DNA of 48,856 nt, the filler included, from Somniosus microcephalus (taxonomy: Eukaryota): the NCBI GenBank assembly GCA_052327205.1. It is 2 parts of 2 records of this genome, joined end to end, with 100 filler letters (N's around TTAATTAATTAA, not from the genome) between each part and the next. Parts side by side here need not be neighbours in the genome. Positions count along the whole stretch, not along the records: positions 1 to 29,371 come from CM126224.1; 1 more part is not named here. One strand, 5' to 3'. Made by a program: the position numbers and the translations under genes. Under the pieces are notes generated by a model. That model did not search any database. It was not told the DNA's origin and was given only the letters and a program-made list of their open reading frames with translations. Position 1 is the first letter of the stretch, and every line of letters begins with the position of its first letter. This document shows, piece by piece, positions 12,783-23,848 of the stretch.

Positions 12783-13443
12783 CCTGTATCTAATCCGTGC
12801 TGTACCTGCCCTGGGAGCGTTTGATGGGACAGTGTAGAGGAAGCTTTGCTCTGTATCTAACCCGTGCTGTACCTGCCCTGGGAGTGTTTGAGGGGACAGT
12901 GTAGAGGGAGCTTTACTCTGTATCTAACCCGTGCTGTACCTGCCCTGGGAGTGTTTGATGGGACAGTGTAGAGGGAGCTTTACTCTGTATCTAACCCGTG
13001 CTGTATCTGCCCTGGGAGTATTTGAAGAGACAGTGTAGAGGGAGCTTTACTCTCTATCTAACCCGTGCTGTACCTGCCCTGGGAGTGTTTGAAGAGACAG
13101 TGTAGAGGGAGCTTTGCTCTGTATCTAACCTGTGCTGTACCTGCCCTGGGAGTGTTTGATGGGACAGTGTAAAGGGAGCTGTACTCTGTATCTAACCCGT
13201 GCTGTACCTGCCCTGGGAGTGTTTGATGGGACAGTGTAGAGGGAGCTTTACTCTCTATCTAACCCGTGCTGTACCTGCCCTGGGAGTGTTTGAAGAGACA
13301 GTGTAGAGGGAGCTTTACTCTGTATCTAACCCGTGCTGTACTTGCCCTGGGAGTGTTTGATGGGACAGTGTAGAGGGAGCTTTACTCTCTATCTAACCCG
13401 TGCTGAACCTGCCCTGGGAGTGTTTGATGGGACAGTGTAGAGA
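12783..13443. repeat. 67-bp minisatellite (~10 copies)
   Basis: Unit CTCTGTATCTAACCCGTGCTGTACCTGCCCTGGGAGTGTTTGATGGGACAGTGTAGAGGGAGCTTTA. Confidence 0.95.
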
Positions 13444-13847
13444 ATGTGGGGTCTCTTTACTGAGATGCTCTTTCATGGGCCACAGTCCTACTCCAGTATG
13501 TCATCCATTGCTCACACAAGTGTCTCAGAATTGAGTGTTGACAGTAGAATGCATCACAGTGTTCCCACTCACTAACTCTGGAATACAGCCATTTATCTGG
13601 AACAAAGCTACTGGCCCAAACCAGGAACAACCGTGGGACCTTCATGGTGTGAGGGGCTCGGATAAACTCAGGAAAAGATGATGTGTTGCGTCACTCCCCC
13701 GCCGGCCCGACCCTGACCCTCGCCCCTCCACCCCCTTCGCAGCTTCCTTGATGGCCAGAAGCAACTGACAAGAGTGTTTGTTCATAGTTTATAAAACCTG
13801 GATTGTGATTGGCCCATTCCACCTGATGAGACTCAGCATTGCTGGTC

Positions 13848-14268
13848 TCATCGTATCTTACAGCCCAGGAGGCTGCCATTCGGCCCATTGTGCCTGTGCC
13901 AGCTCTCTCAAAGTGCTCTCCAATGAGTCCCACTCCCCTGCTCTTCCCCCAGAGTCCTGTGAAATTCTCCTTTTCATGTATTTATCCAATTCCCTTTTGA
14001 AAGTTACTATTGAATCTGCTATTCAGGCAACGCGTTCCAGATCCTAACAACTCGCTGCGTAAAACTGCTCTTCTCATCTCCCCTCAGTCACTCAGTGACG
14101 CACCTTCATCACGAGTGAGTGAGGTGGCACTGAGCCCAGTATAATCAGGAGCGTGCCCTCATTCGGAGTTACTGCTTGCAATGTGGGTGCCAGTCCAGCA
14201 CCATGAATATATCGAACCAGCTGCACCTTGCTCAAATCAAGTGGCAAACTGGCCCAGGTCCAGGTCCC
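13848..14268 (-). mobile_element. CR1 3' tail joined to an unassigned ~190-bp segment (copy 1)
   Basis: GCCATTCGGCCCAT CR1 3'UTR; the whole unit aligns by eye with 16887-17338. Confidence 0.7.
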
Positions 14269-15015
14269 ACCTGATCAGAGCACCAAACAGGAGAGAGAAC
14301 TCGTCCCAGCGCCATCCTGGAGTCTCAGCGGAGAGAGAGGGGTCTGACCCGATGTTCAGAGTTTCTGCCTCACAGTCACTGGGACCCAGTGATCAACCGT
14401 CCCAGCATCGGGACAACATTCACAGCAAGAGAAACGCAAAGTGGGGCTAACAGTTAGACTTCACCTCATAACTGCACCTTATTCCCACCCACTAACCCCA
14501 AGAGCTGGATCCAGAATTGGGCCCCATCACTGAGCCGTCTCTGCTGGTTATCAGTCTGGAGGCAGAGCCCCATCATCTCCACACCACCACATGCCTGGAG
14601 TCTTGGCGAGCAGGGTCACTAGATGGCATCCACCACCAGCGGGAGCGCTGGTTCAGGTGTACTCCCGCCATTCCCTCCACCCACACTGCTCCCCAAAGTA
14701 AAGGATTTTTTTAAAATTGGGACTTCTCGGTAAGTTTTGGTCAGTGTCACAGTCTGAATATCTCTCGGTGTCCAACACCCAGCCTCCAACAACACCCCAG
14801 AGCTGGCAAACTGCTACTGAGGCCCAGAGACGTGTGGCGGAGCAGACCTGCTAAAAGATGCAAGTGAGGGGGGAGGGGGCGGGGTGGGGGCAGTGTTGGG
14901 AGGCCCAGTGTTGGGGGGCCCAGTGTTGGGGGGTGGGGGCAGTGTTGGGCTACAAGGGGGCCCTGGGCTGTATGACGAGTGCCAGCACTTGACACAAATA
15001 CATGAACAGTTGGCC

Positions 15016-16615
15016 GTTAGAGCAGACACCGTCAGTGCGGATACCGTTAGAGCGGACACCGTCGGTGCGGATACCGTTAGAGCGGACACCGTCGGTGCGG
15101 ATACCGTCAGTGCGGATACCGTCAGAGGGGACACCGTCAGAGGGGACACCATCAGAGGGGACACTGTCAGGGCGGACACCGTCAGAGCGGACACCGTCAG
15201 TGCGGACACCGTCAGAGCGACACCGTCAGAGCGGACACCGTCAGAGCGGACACCGTCAGAGGGGACACCGTCAGAGCGGACACCGTCAGAGGGGACACCG
15301 TCAGAGCGGACACCGTCAGAGCGGACACCGTCAGAGCGGACACCGTCAGAGGGGACACCGTCAGAGCGGACACCGTCAGAGGGGACACCGTCAGAGCGGA
15401 TACCGTCCGAGCGGACACCGTCAGAGCGGACACCGTCAGAGCGGACACCGTCAGAGGGGACACCGTCAGAGCGGATACCGTCCGAGCGGACACCGTCAGA
15501 GCGGACACCGTCAGAGCGGACACCGTCAGTGCGGACACCGTCAGAGCGGAAACCGTCAGTGCGGACACCGTCAGTGCGGATACCGTCAGTGCGGACACCG
15601 TCAGAGCGGATACCGTCAGAGCGGAAACCGTCAGTGCGGATACCGTCAATGCGGATACCGTCAGAGCGGATACCCTTAGTGCGGATACCGTCAGAGTGGA
15701 TACCGTCAGTGCGGATACCGTCAGAGCGGATACCGTCAGAGCGGATACCGTCAGTGCGGACACCGTCAGTGCGGACACCGTCAGAGTGGACACCGTCAGT
15801 GCGGACACCGTCAGTGCGGATACCGTCAGAGCGGACACCGTCAGTGCGGACACCGTCAGTGAGGATACCGTCAGTGCGGATACCGTCAGTGCGGACACCA
15901 TCAGTGCGGACACCGTCAGTGCGGACACCGTCAGAGCGGACACCGTCAGTGCGGACACCGTCAGTGCGGATACCGTCAGTGAGGATATCGTCAGTGCGGA
16001 TACCGTCAGTGCGGATACCGTCAGTGCGGATACCGTCAGTGCGGACACCGTCAGAGGGGACACCGTCAGTGCGGACACCGTCAGTGCGGACACCGTCAGT
16101 GCGGACACCGTCAGTGAGGATACCGTCAGTGCGGACACCGTCAGTGCGGATACCGTCAGAGCGGATACCGTCAGTGCGGATACCGTCAGAGCGGACACCG
16201 TCAGAGCGGACACCATCAGTGCGGACACCGTCAGAGGGGACACCGTCAGTGAGGACACCATCAGTGCGGATACCGTCAGTGCGGACACCGTCAGTGCGGA
16301 CACCGTCAGAGCGGACACCGTCAGAGCGGACACCGTCAGTGCGGACACCGTCAGAGCAGACACCGTCAGTGCGGACACCGTCAGAGCGGACACCGTCAGA
16401 GCGGACACCGTCAGTGCGGACACCATCAGTGCGGACACCGTCAGAGCGGACACCGTCAGTGCGGACACCGTCAGAGCGGATACCGTCAGTGCGGACACCG
16501 TCAGCACCGTCAGTGCGGACACCGTCAGTGCGGACACCATCAGAGCGGACACCGTCAGAGCGGACACCGTCAGTGCGGACACCGTCAGTGCGGATACCGT
16601 CAGAGCGGATACCAT
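15016..16615. repeat. 15-bp minisatellite (~105 copies)
   Basis: Unit CCGTCAG(A/T)GCGGA(C/T)A. Confidence 0.97.
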
Positions 16616-16724
16616 CATCCCTTTGGTTAATCTCTAACTGTCCTAACAACTGACAGCCAAAACTCTTGGGTTGGAAATACACACACGTGATTGGATGAGC
16701 TGCCTTCATTCATAAATGCAAGGT

Positions 16725-16880
16725 CCAGACTGCTCGTTCAGTTGGATGCAAAGATCCGACAGCACTATTCAAAGAGGAGTAGGGAGCTCCCCCCCGTGAC
16801 CTGGGCAATACTTATCCCTCAAAACAGATTAACTGGTCACTCACCTCATAGGCCAATGTGGGACCTTGCTGTGCACATTT
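16725..16880 (+). mobile_element. Deu-domain SINE remnant (SacSINE1/AmnSINE-like)
   Basis: AAAGATCC..GCACTATTC..GAGGAGTAGGGAG..CTTATCCCTCAAAACAGATT..GGGACCTTGCTGTGCA resembles the recalled DeuSINE core. Confidence 0.55.
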
Positions 16881-16886
16881 TCTTAG

Positions 16887-17338
16887 TCATAGAATCATAA
16901 AATGATACAGCACAGAAGGAGGCCATTCGGCCCATCGTACCTGTGACAGCTCTTTGAAAGAGCTCTCCAATGAATCCCACTCCCCTGCTCTTTCCCCATA
17001 GCCCTGCAAATGTTTCTTTTTCAAGTATTTATCTAATTTCCTTTTGAAAGTTACCATCGAATCTGCTTCCATTGCCCTTTCAAGCAGTGTATTCCAGGTC
17101 ATCATAACTCACTGTATAGAAATGTTTCTCCTCCTCTTCCCTCAGTCAATAAGACACACCTTCACCACAGGTGAGCAAGGTGGCACTGAGTTCAATATAA
17201 TCAGGAGCATGTCAGTTAACGGCCTGCATTAAGAGTTACTGCTTGCGATGGGCATGGTGCCAGTCCACCACCATGAAAACATTGAACCAGCTCCACCTTG
17301 CTCAAGTCAAGCTGAAAACTGGCCCAGGACCAGGACTC
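16887..17338 (-). mobile_element. CR1 3' tail joined to an unassigned ~190-bp segment (copy 2)
   Basis: Tail TCATAGAATCAT; ORF WNTLLERAMEADSMVTFKRKLDKYL; homologous to 13848-14268 beyond the LINE part. Confidence 0.75.
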
Positions 17339-17508
17339 TGGGAGGGAGGGGAAGGGGTGAAGGCAGAAGTGTGGGAAATGCGACGGACACGGTCGAGGGC
17401 CCCATCAGCCACGGTGGAGGGAAATCCTCGGTTGAGACATATTGGAAACACTAGTATGGAAGGTGGCATCAGCAGAACAGATGCAACAGAGACGGAGAAA
17501 CTGGGAGA
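17335..17508 (-). mobile_element. Penelope-like element, inverted 5' fragment
   Basis: Its reverse complement matches 17634-17704 plus 19035-19145 (TCTCCCAGTTTCTCCGTCTC..ACTAGTG..CTCAACCGAGGATT..CCCTCCCTCCCAGA). Confidence 0.8.
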
Positions 17509-17704
17509 CCAGGATAGATGGCAGGATGGGAGGAAGCCTTTCTCCTCCCTCCCAGAACTACGATAAGGTTTCCCTTGTCCTCACCTGGACTACACTTCCT
17601 CCCACCCCGCTTCCTCTAAAGACTCGATTCCATTCTCCCAGTTTCTCCGTCTCCACTGCATCAGTTCTGACGATGCCACCTTCCACACTAGTGCTTCCGA
17701 TATG

Positions 17705-19034
17705 CCTTGGAAAGCAGTGACGGGATCGGACAAAGTCAACATGGATTTACAAAAGGTAAATCATGCTTGACTAACCTACTGGAATTTTTTGAGGATTTAA
17801 CTGGTAAAATAGATAAGGGAGAACCAGTGGATGTGGTGTATTTGGACTTTCTGAAGGCTTTCGATAAGGTCCCGCATAAGAGATTAGCGTGTAAAGTTAA
17901 GGCACATGGGATTGGGGGCAAGGTATTGACTTGGATAGAGAACTGGTTGGTGGATAGAAAGCAAAGAGTTGGAATAAACGGGTCATTTTCCGAGTGGCAG
18001 GCAGTGACTAGTGGGGTACCGCAAGGATCGGTCCTAGGACCCCAGCTGTTCACAATATATATTAATGATCTGGACGAGGGAATTGGATGTAATATCTCCA
18101 AGTTTGCAGATGACACAAAGCTGGGTGGGAGGGTATGCTGTGAGGAGGATGTCGTGAAACTCCAGTACGATTTGGACAGGTTGGGTGATTGGGCAGAAAC
18201 ATGGCAAATGCACTATAATATGGATAAATGTGAAGTTATCCACTTTGGTGGCAAAAACAGGAAGGCAGATTATTATTTGAATGGCAATAGATTGGGAGAA
18301 GGGGAAGTGCAGAGAGACCTGGGTGTTCTTGTGCACCAGTCGCTGAAGGTAAGCATGCAGGTGCAGCAGGCGGTTAAGAAGGCAAATGGTAGGTTGGCCA
18401 TCATAGCGAGAGGATTCGAGTACAGGAACAAGGATGTCTTGCTGCAGTTGTACAGGGCCTTGGTGAGACCGCACTTTGAGTATTGTGTGCAGTTTTGGTC
18501 GCCATATCTGAGGAAGGATGTTCTTGCCATGGAGGGAGTGCAGCGAAGATTCACCAGGCTGATACCTGGGATGGCAGGAATGACGTATGAGGAGAGATTG
18601 TGTCGATTAGGCTTATACTCACTGGAGTTTAGAAGATTGACAGGGGATCTCATCGAAACCTATAAAATTCTGTCAGGCCTGGACAGACTAGATGCAGGAA
18701 GGATGTTTCCGATGGCCGGGGAGTCCAGAACCAGGGGTCATAGTCGAAGGAGAAGGGGTAAGCCATTTAGGACTGAAATGAGGAGGAATTTCTTCACCCA
18801 GAGAATGGTGAACCTGTGGAATTCTCTGCCACAGAAGGCAGTGGAGGCCAGTTCATTAAATATATTCAAGAAGGAGTTGGATATATTTCTTAAGGCTAAA
18901 GGGATCAAGGGATATGGGGAGAAAGCAGGGACAGGGTACTGAATTTGGATGATCAGTCATGATCTCATTGAATGGCGGAGCAGGCTCGAGGGGCCGAATG
19001 GCCTACTCCTGCTCCTATCTTCTATGTTTCTATG
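17705..19034 (+). mobile_element. HER1/CR1 LINE, 5'-truncated, with an uninterrupted 411-aa RT fragment
   Basis: ORF 17707-18942 ([33 protein letters not shown]); tail TCTATGTTTCTATG; TATG at both junctions. Confidence 0.96.
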
Positions 19035-19871
19035 TCTTCCTTTTTCCTCAACCGAGGATTCCCCTCTACAGTGGTTGGCACGGCCCTCGACCTTGTCCAT
19101 TCCATTTCCCACACCTGCCCTCACCCCTGCCCCTCCCTCCCAGAACCATGATAGGGTTCCCCTTGTCCTCACCTTTCACCCCACCAGCCTCCACATTCAA
19201 CGGATCATTCTCCGCCATTTCTGCCACCTCCAGCGTGATCCCACCACCAAACACATCTTCCCCTCCCAGCATTCCAAAGAGACCATTCTCGCTGCAATAC
19301 CCTGGTCCACGCCATCATCCCCGACACCCCTTCCCACAACACCTTCCTGTGCAAGAGCAGGAGATGCAACACTTGCCCTTTTACCTCCTCCCTTCCCACC
19401 GCCCAGGGCCACAAACACTCCTTCCAGGTGAAACAGCGATTTACTTGTCCTACTTGTAATTTAGTATACGGTATTCGCTGTTACGATGCGGTCTCCTCGA
19501 CAACTGGGGAGACCAAACGCAGATTGAACACCTCCATACAGTCCGCATGCATGACCCTGAGCTTCCAGTCGCCTGTCACTTTAATTCTCCGCTCCACTCC
19601 CACGCTGACCTCTTTGTTCTCAGCCTCCTACACTGTTCTAATGAAGCTCAACATAAGCTCGAGAAACAGCAGCTCATCTTTCGATTCGGTACTTTGCAGC
19701 CTTCTGGACTCAACATCAAGTTCAGTGATTTCAGACTATCAACATTGCTCCCATTTTCTCGGACCATCATGCCTTTTTTCATTTAATCTCTGCTGCCTTC
19801 CACCCTATCACAGACCTGCCCTTTTGTTCTTTCCTCCCCTCCTCCCTTACTACCCTAAAATTTGTTAAATC

Positions 19872-22800
19872 GGACTCGGCTCGGGGGCCCGGGGGGTTAA
19901 CGGACTCGGCTCGCGGGCCCGGGGGGTTAATGGACTCGGCTCACGGGGGCCCGGGGGGTTAACGGACTCGGCTCACGGGCCCGGGGGGTTAATGGACTCG
20001 GCTCGGGGCCCCGGGGGGTTAATGGACTCGGCTCGGGGGCTCGGGGGGTTAATGGACTCGGCTCGGGGGCCCGGGGGGTTAACGGACTCGGCTCACGGGG
20101 GCCCGGGGGGTTAATGGACTCGGCTCGGGGGCCCGGGGGGTTAATGGACTCGGCTCGGGGGCCCGGGGGGTTAACGGACTCGGCCCGGGGGGTCCGGGGG
20201 GTTAACGGACTCGGCTCGGGGGCCCCAGGGGGTTAACGGACTCGGCTCGCGGGCCCGGGGGGTTAACGGACTCGGCTCAGGGGCCCGGGGGGTTAACGGA
20301 CTCGGCTCAGGAGCCCGGGGGGTTAATGGACTCGGCTCGGGGGCCCGGGGGGTTAACGGACTCGGCTCGCGGGCCCGGGGGGTTAACGGACTCGGCTCAC
20401 GGGCCCGGGGGGTTAACGGACTCGGCTCACGGGCCCGGGGGGTTAATGGACTCGGCTCGGGGGCCCGGGGGGTTAATGGACTCGGCTCGGGGGCCCCGGG
20501 GGGTTAATGGACTCGGCTCGGGGGCTCGGGGGGTTAATGGACTCGGTTCGGGGGCTCGGGGGGTTAATGGACTCGGCTCGGGGGCCCGGGGGGTTAATGG
20601 ACTCGGCTCGGGGGCTCGGGGGGTTAATGGACTCGGTTCGGGGGCTCGGGGGGTTAATGGACTCGGCTCGGGGGCTCGGGGGGTTAACGGACTCGGTTCG
20701 GGGGCTCGGGGGGTTAACGGACTCGGCTCACGGGCCCGGGGTGTTAACGGACTCGGCTCAGGGGCCCGGGGGGTTAATGGACTCGGCTCGCGGGCCCGGG
20801 GGGTTAACGGACTCGGTTCGGGAGCCCGGGGGGTTAACGGACTCGGCTCACGGGCCCGGGGGGTTAACGGACTCGGCTCGGGGGCCCGGGGGGTTAATGG
20901 ACTCGGCTCGCGGGCCCGGGGGGTTAACGGACTCGGCTCGGGGGCCCGGGGGGTTAACGGACTCGGCTCGGGGGCCCGGGGGGTTAATGGACTCGGCTCG
21001 CGGGCCCGGGGGGTTAACGGACTCGGCTCAGGAGCCCGGGGGGTTAATGGACTCGGCTCGGGGGGTTAACGGACTCGGCTCGGGGGTCCGGGGGGTTAAT
21101 GGACTCGGCTCGGGGGCCCGGGGGGTTAACGGACTCGGCTCGGGGGCCCGGGGGGTTAATGGACTCGGCTCGGGGGCCAGGGGGGTTAATGGACTCGGCT
21201 CGCGGGCCCGGGGGGTTAACGGACTCGGCTCGGGGGCCCGGGGGGTTAACGGACTCGGCTCGGGGGCCCGGGGGGTTAACGGACTCGGCTCGGGGGCCCG
21301 GGGGGTTAATGGACTCGGCTCGGGGGCCCGGGGGGTTAATGGACTCGGCTCGGGGGCCCGGGGGGTTAACGGACTCGGCTCGGGGGTCCGGGGGGTTAAC
21401 GGACTCGGCTCAGGGGTCCGGGGGGTTAACGGACTCGGCTCGGGGGCCCGGGGGGTTAATGGACTCGGGTCGGGGGCCCGGGGGGTTAACGGACTCGGCT
21501 CGGGGGTCCGGGGGGTTAATGGACTCGGCTCGGGGGTCCGGGGGGTTAATGGACTCGGCTCGGGGGTCCGGGGGGTTAACGGACTCGGCTCGGGGGTCCG
21601 GGGGGTTAACGGACTCGGCTCGGGGGGTTAATGGACTCGGCTCAGGGGCCCGGGGGGTTAACGGACTCGGCTCAGGGGCCCGGGGGGTTAACGGACTCGG
21701 CTCGCGGGGTCCGGGGGGTTAATGGACTCGGCTCGGGGGTCCGGGGGGTTAACGGACTCGGCTCGGGGGTCCGGGGGGTTAACGGACTCGGCTCGGGGGG
21801 TTAATGGACTCGGCTCGGGGGCCCGGGGTGTTAATGGACTCGGCTCGGGGGTCCGGGGGGTTAACGGACTCGGCTCAGTGGCCCGGGGGGTTAACGGACT
21901 CGGCTCGCGGGGTCCGGGGGGTTAATGGACTCGGCTCGGGGGTCCGGGGGGTTAATGGACTCGGCTCGGGGGTCCGGGGTTAACGGACTCGGCTCGGGGG
22001 TCCGGGGTTAACGGACTCGGCTCGCAGGGTCCGGGGGGTTAACGGACTCGGCTCGGGGGCCCGGGGTTAACAGACTCGGCTCGCGGGGTCCGGGGGGTTA
22101 ACGGACTCGGCTCGGGGGTCCGGGGTTAACGGACTCGGCTCGGGGGTCCGGGGTTAACGGACTCGGCTCGCGGGGTCCGGGGGGTTAACGGACTCGGCTC
22201 GGGGGCCCGGGGTTAACAGACTCGGCTCGCGGGGTCCGGGGGGTTAACGGACTCGGCTCGGGGGTCCGGGGTTAACGGACTCGGCTCGGGGGTCCGGGGG
22301 GTTAACGGACTCGGCTCGGGGGTCCGGGGGGTTAACGGACTCGGCTCAGGGGGTCCGGGGATTAACGGACTCGGCTCGGGGGTCCGGGGGGTTAACGGAC
22401 TCGGCTCGCGGGCCCGGGGGTTAACGGACTCGGCTCGGGGGTCCGGGGGGTTAACGGACTCGGCTCGGGGGCCCGGGGGGTTAACAGACTCGGCTCGCGG
22501 GCCCGGGGGGTTAACGGACTCGGCTCAGGGGCCCGGGGGGTTAACGGACTCGGCTCGGGGGTCCGGGGGGTTAACGGACTCGGCTCGGGGGCCCGGGGGG
22601 TTAACAGACTCGGCTCGGGGGCCCGGGGGGTTAATGGACTCGGCTCGGGGGTCCGGGGGGTTAACGGACTCGGCTCGGGGGTCCGGGGGGTTAACAGACT
22701 CGGCTCGCGGGGTCCGGGGGGTTAACGGACTCGGCTCGCGGGGTCCGGGGGGTTAACGGACTCGGCTCGCGGGGTCCGGGTGGTTAACGGACTCGGCTCG

Positions 22801-23328
22801 GGGGCCCGGGGTTAACGGACTCGGCTCGCGGGGTCCGGGGGGTTAACGGACTCGGCTCGCGGGGTCCGGGGGGTTAACGGACTCGGCTCGCGGGCCCGGG
22901 GTTAACGGACTCGGCTCGGGGGCCCGGGGGGTTAACGGACTCGGCTCGCGGGCCCGGGGTTAACGGACTCGGCTCGCGGGCCCGGGGGGTTAACGGACTC
23001 GGCTCGCGGGCCCGGGGTTAACGGACTCGGCTCGGGGGCCCGGGGGGTTAACGGACTCGGCTCGCGGGCCCGGGGTTAACGGACTCGGCTCGCGGGCCCG
23101 GGGGGTTAACGGACTCGGCTCGGGGGCCCGGGGTTAACGGACTCGGCTCGGGGGCCCGGGGTTAACGGACTCGGCTCGGGGGCCCGGGGGGTTAATGGAC
23201 TCGGCTCACGGGCCCGGGGGGTTAACGGACTCGGCTCGGGGGCCTGGGGGGTTAATGGACTCGGCTCGGGGGCCCAGGGGTTAATGGACTCGGCTCACGG
23301 GCCCGGGGGGTTAACGGACTCGGCTCGG
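19872..23328. repeat. 30-bp GC/CpG-rich VNTR (~115 copies)
   Basis: Unit GGACTCGGCTCGGGGGCCCGGGGGGTTAA(C/T), with 20-31 bp variants. Confidence 0.97.
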
Positions 23329-23359
23329 GAGTGCCCGACTAAGGTTCACGGGGTAAGGG

Positions 23360-23420
23360 CAAAGGTCACCGCCGCCATAACCGGAAGCAGGCGGTGAGAG
23401 ATGCTGGTAGTGTTCCGGTG
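23360..23420 (+). promoter_or_regulatory. Housekeeping-promoter-like motifs (YY1-like, ETS)
   Basis: CCGCCGCCAT at 23369-23378, ACCGGAAG at 23380-23387 and TTCCGG at 23413; ~100 bp upstream of a Kozak ACCATGG. Confidence 0.45.
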
Positions 23421-23479
23421 TGGAATACCCCGGGTTCGCCGTGTCGGAGTCTGTGGCGCGGCTGCCACTGGTTCTCACC

Positions 23480-23848
23480 ATGGATGTTGATTTAATGTGC
23501 CCTGGATTATACTGTGGAAAGCAAATAACAGAAAGCCTAAATGGTAGTCAGCTGCAATATGGAGAGTGTGGGGTATGCCCAAGAGGGGAAAGAACAGATG
23601 CTCTGAAGATTTGTGGTAAATGTGAGGAATCACCAGAGCTCTATGACTGGCTGTATCTTGGTTTCATGGCAATGCTACCTTTGGTTTTTCATTGGTTTTT
23701 TATTGAATGGTATTCAGGCAAAAAGAGTCCCTCTAGAAAGAAAGAGTCGGCGGTGAGTCAGCAGAAGCAGCGATGGAGGCCACGACGACCCACTGTAGCA
23801 CGGCGGCCGGCAGCTCCTCGTCGGGAGGCTCGGAGGTCGAACCGGTAG
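23480..23848 (+). pseudogene. JKAMP: Processed, 3'-truncated JKAMP (JNK1/MAPK8-associated membrane protein) copy; chimeric 122-aa ORF
   Basis: CPGLYCGK..YGECGVCPRGERT..SPELYDWLYLGFMAMLPLVFHWFFIEWYSGKKS closely matches the recalled JKAMP N-terminus; no introns; similarity stops at 23727. Confidence 0.9.

Noticed and set aside
12783-13443. CRISPR-like array
   Set aside because: Head-to-tail repeats without unique spacers, in a vertebrate context with no cas genes; the same applies to all other arrays here
14814-16709. 631/589/468/313-aa ORFs
   Set aside because: Produced by a stop-free 15-bp repeat; not credible proteins
17707-18942. Autonomous active LINE or domesticated RT gene
   Set aside because: 5'-truncated: lacks ORF1, the endonuclease domain and an ATG/promoter; the open frame reflects youth
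20326-21925. Gly-rich ORFs (collagen- or silk-like)
   Set aside because: VNTR translations with frequent frameshifts
23480-23727. The genuine JKAMP gene locus
   Set aside because: No introns, no splice donor after AAGAG, no downstream JKAMP exons seen, and it sits inside a transposon-splitting insertion
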